Of a stretch of 64,000 nucleotides of DNA, positions 60,701 to 64,000 are shown piece after piece. The notes beneath the pieces were generated by a model. That model searched no databases, was not told where the DNA came from, and saw only the letters and a list, made by a program, of their open reading frames with translations. The position numbers were made by a program, and so were the translations under genes. The stretch spans positions 26,049-90,048 of the forward strand of contig CAZABU010000001.1 of assembly GCA_964483225.1 (NCBI GenBank), in the 5' to 3' direction. The first letter of the stretch is position 1; every line of letters starts with the position of its first letter. This DNA is from an uncultured Ruminococcus sp. GTDB taxonomy: Bacteria; Bacillota; Clostridia; Oscillospirales; CAG-272.

Positions 60701-63700
60701 GGGATACGCCCTGTCGAGAAGCAACAAGTTCGACGTAATAATTACTTATTTCATTCTGAATAAAAGGTACGATATATTCGAGATCAACGAAACGCTCTTT
60801 GATTTTGACCAGCCTTTGCTCGGTTGTTAAAAAGTCGCTTCGCAAGCGACCAAAGCCTCCTCTCCCGGTGTTATAATTGAAGCACCAAAACAAAGAGGAG
60901 GCTTTTGAAATGAAAAGCAAAATTACAGAAATTGTATTCATACTTGACCGCAGCGGATCTATGCACGGGCTGGAGGAGGACACCGTCGGCGGCTTCAACT
61001 CTATGATAGCGAAGCACAAGGCGGGCGAGGGAGAGGTTCTGGTTTCCACGGTCCTTTTTTCAAACGGCAGCACCGTTCTTCACGATAGGGTACCCATCGG
61101 CAAGGTGGAGCCGCTGAATGCCTGCGATTACCGAGTCGGCGGCGGAACGGCGCTTCTTGATGCAATAGGCGATGCTATCCATCATATCGGAAATGTGCAT
61201 AAATACGCCCGCCCCGAGGACGTTCCGGAGAATACCGTGTTTATCATTACCACCGACGGTATGGAGAATTGCAGCCGCCGCTACGGCAGTGATAGGGTCA
61301 AAGAGATGATCAAGCGGTAGAGCGAAAAATACGGCTGGGAATTTATTTTCCTGGCGGCCAATATTGACGCTGTGGAGGTTGCGGACAGTATAGGAATACG
61401 CCGCGACAGAGCGGCAAATTACAGATGCGACGGTGACGGTGTGCGACTCACCTATGAGGTGATGGCAGAGGCGGTTGCGGCGGTGCGTTGCGGCTCTGGA
61501 CTCGACCGCGGTGAATGGCGCCGCTCGATAGATGAGGAAAACGGAGGTAGATAATAATGCTTGGAGCGATTTTTGGCGACGTGGTTGGCTCGCCCTACGA
61601 ATTTGATAACGTAAAGACGAAGGATTTTCCTCTATTTACTTATAACTCGGTGTTCACAGACGATACGGTTATGACCGTGGCAGTTGCAGAAGCTCTTTGC
61701 GAATGCAAGGACGGCGACGTAGAGGATTTCAAGGCTCGGCTCGTGCCCATTATGCACAAGTACGGACGGCTTTACCCCGACGCCGGTTACGGCGGCAGAT
61801 TTCTCGATTGGCTCATCTATGGTAGGACGAAGCCCTACGGCAGCTACGGGAACGGCTCGGCGATGAGAGTATCTCCGGTTGCCCGGTATGCAAAAACCTT
61901 GGAGGAGGCTATCGCCTTTGCAAGGGCGAGCGCAGAGGTTACCCATAACCACCCGGAGGGGATAAAGGGCGCCGAGGCTGTTGCCGCTCTTATATTCCGC
62001 GCAAGACAGGGGGCTAAGAAGGAGGAGCTGCGCGAGCTCGCCTCCGGATATTACGACGTGGACTTCACCCTTGACAGCGTACGCCCTACCTATGACTTTG
62101 ACGAAACCTGCCAGGGCAGCGTACCCCAGGCTATCGTAGCTTTTCTTGAGTCCGAGTCCTTTGAGGATGCGATAAGATGCGCCGTTTCCATAGGCGGTGA
62201 CAGCGACACCGTGGCAGCTATTTGCGGCTCCATAGCCGAGGCCTATTACGGCATGAGCGAGAATGAAATGGACGAGGCGTTACTCCATCTTAACGCTCCT
62301 CTGGCGACGGTAACAAAACGTTTTTTGAAGCTTGCCGAGCAAAGGAACAACGGCCGACTTGCGCAAAACGCGATATTTGACAACTAAAGTTTGCAAAAAG
62401 CGGCTTAAAGGCGCGGGTTTTGCAAAAATAAAAAGAACAGATGCGTGCTTTGCACCTGTTCTTTTTTTGTTATATCAAAAAATTATTTTCCGTATTCAAG
62501 AGCCAAGGCCTTGAAGGCGGGGAGAGCGTTTTCTATTCTCTTTTTGTCGGTACAGTAGGCTATACGGACGTAGCCGGAAACGCCGAAATCGTCGCAGGGA
62601 ACAACCAGAAGCTCGTGGGCCTTTGCACGCTCGAAGAAGCGGAAGGCGTCGGGCTCGAGAGCCTTGACAAATAGGTAGAAGGCTCCGTCGGGCTTTACGC
62701 ACTCGTAGCCGTAGGAGGTGAGGTTGTTGTAAAGGAGATCGCGGTTTTCCTTGTAGGCTTCAACGTTTACCTTGGCGTTCGAGCATCTTGCTATAACCTG
62801 CTGGAAAAGGCTGGGCGCGCAAACGTATCCGAGGGATCTGCCGGCTCCGCAAACGGCAAGGTAAATGCTCTGGCACTCCTCCATTTCGGGGCAGATGGCT
62901 ATGTAGCCGATTCTCTCACCGGGAAGAGAAAGGGATTTAGAGTAGGAATAGCAAACGAGGGTGTTGGGGTAGTAATTCATAAGATATGGCACGCTGACGT
63001 CGGCGTAAACCAGCTCGCGGTAAGGCTCGTCTGCGATAAGGTAGATGGGACGGCCGAGCTCGCGGGACTTTCTGTCCAGAACCTCGCAAAGAGCCTTGAC
63101 CGTTTCCTCCGAGTAGACAACGCCCGAGGGGTTGTTGGGAGAATTGACGATAACTGCCTTCGTGCGCTCGTTTATTTTTGCCTCGAAGTCGGCGATATCG
63201 ACCTGGAAGGTCTTTTCGGTGGGCGTGCTTACCACAACCTTGCCGCCTGCGTTCTCAATGAACACCCTGTACTCGGTGAAGAAGGGGGCGAATACGATGA
63301 CCTCATCGTCTGCATTCTCCTCTACCACGGCCTTTAAGCAAATAGAAAGGGAGGCTGCCGCGCCGCAGGTCATATAGATGAGATTCGGGGAAATATCCAC
63401 ACCAAAGCGGGCGCTTATACCGTCGGCAATTATCTTACGCACGCCGGCATCTCCCTGTGCAGAGGTGTATCCGTGGAGCAGCACCGAGCTTTGCGTATCA
63501 AGCAGCTCGCGAATGGCATCGTTTACCTCTGCGGGGGCAGGGACGCTTGGGTTGCCGAGGCTGAAGTCAAAGACCTTGTCGGCGCCAATCTCGGCTGAGC
63601 GGGTTTTGCTGTATTCGAAAATTTCTCTGATGATCGAGCGACGGCTACCGAGCCCGAACATTTTCTGATTGTATCCCATGGTTTTCTCCTGTTATATTCC

Positions 63701-64000
63701 GAGCAGAAGTCTCGCGTTAGTGCAAAGAAGCTTCTCCTCGACGTTTTTGTCAAGCCCGTAGGAGCGAAGGATATCCACGCCACCTTCGATACTGCTCCAA
63801 GGCGAGTCGGAGGCGAAGAGGATTTTGTCTTCTCCGTGCTTTTTAAGGATTTTTGTAAACATTTCTTTACCGATAAACCGTAAAACGTATGCCGTATCAA
63901 GGTAAACGTCCTCGCCGCAAAGCATATCGTAAACGTCGGAAAAGAGCTCGTTTCCACCCATATGCGCAAGCACCAGCTTGCCGTGAGGTACCCCGCGGAT

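Overview
The window looks like chromosomal DNA from a moderately high-GC, Clostridia-type Firmicute. That is an inference from gene content, AGGAGG-type Shine-Dalgarno sites and repeated TTGACA-17-TGnTATAAT promoters. I saw no rRNA, tRNA, CRISPR array, transposase or integrase.

Layout:
- 1-8.5 kb: a minus-strand oxidative-TCA-branch operon (Re-type citrate synthase-like, GntR regulator, aconitase, isocitrate dehydrogenase). It is interrupted by two tandem GH20-like paralogs that carry their own promoter.
- 8.6-19.3 kb: housekeeping genes. These are an unknown 490-aa protein overlapping dus, plus galT, an addA with no addB, a small membrane-anchored protein with an RNRIAH (HEPN-like) motif, and a Na/Pi-PhoU transporter.
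- 19.5-32 kb: an accessory cell-envelope cluster. Three paralogs (422, 1098 and 1731 aa) share a roughly 400-500 aa alpha/alpha-toroid-like domain and bracket a GT8 glycosyltransferase and an acyltransferase.
- 33.1-58.4 kb: the standout. It is a roughly 25-kb single-promoter, single-terminator, all-minus-strand operon of 10 intact genes plus one decayed paralog. In transcription order:
  - a divergent Hsp70-like ATPase;
  - an SNF2 helicase with a Cys-rich tail;
  - a 573-aa Cys-cluster protein;
  - a 2153-aa protein with 5 TM helices and about 18 MBG-like repeats;
  - a Zn-ribbon/Sel1-like protein;
  - a 513-aa helical protein, followed by its low-GC decayed paralog;
  - a 664-aa protein with a degenerate P-loop-like core and an HExxH motif;
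  - a 1533-aa Upf1-like SF1 helicase with a nuclease-like C-terminus;
  - a 238-aa candidate ESCRT-III-like helical protein;
  - a MIT-like plus classical AAA+ (Vps4-like) ATPase.
  This combination matches no named defence or membrane-remodelling system that I know of, and it is my candidate for the undescribed system.
- 58.9-64 kb: zupT, a macro-domain / vWA (in-frame TAG) / ADP-ribosylglycohydrolase trio, an aminotransferase and a partial amidohydrolase.

All functional calls rest on motif reading and remembered family signatures. No searches or structure predictions were run.
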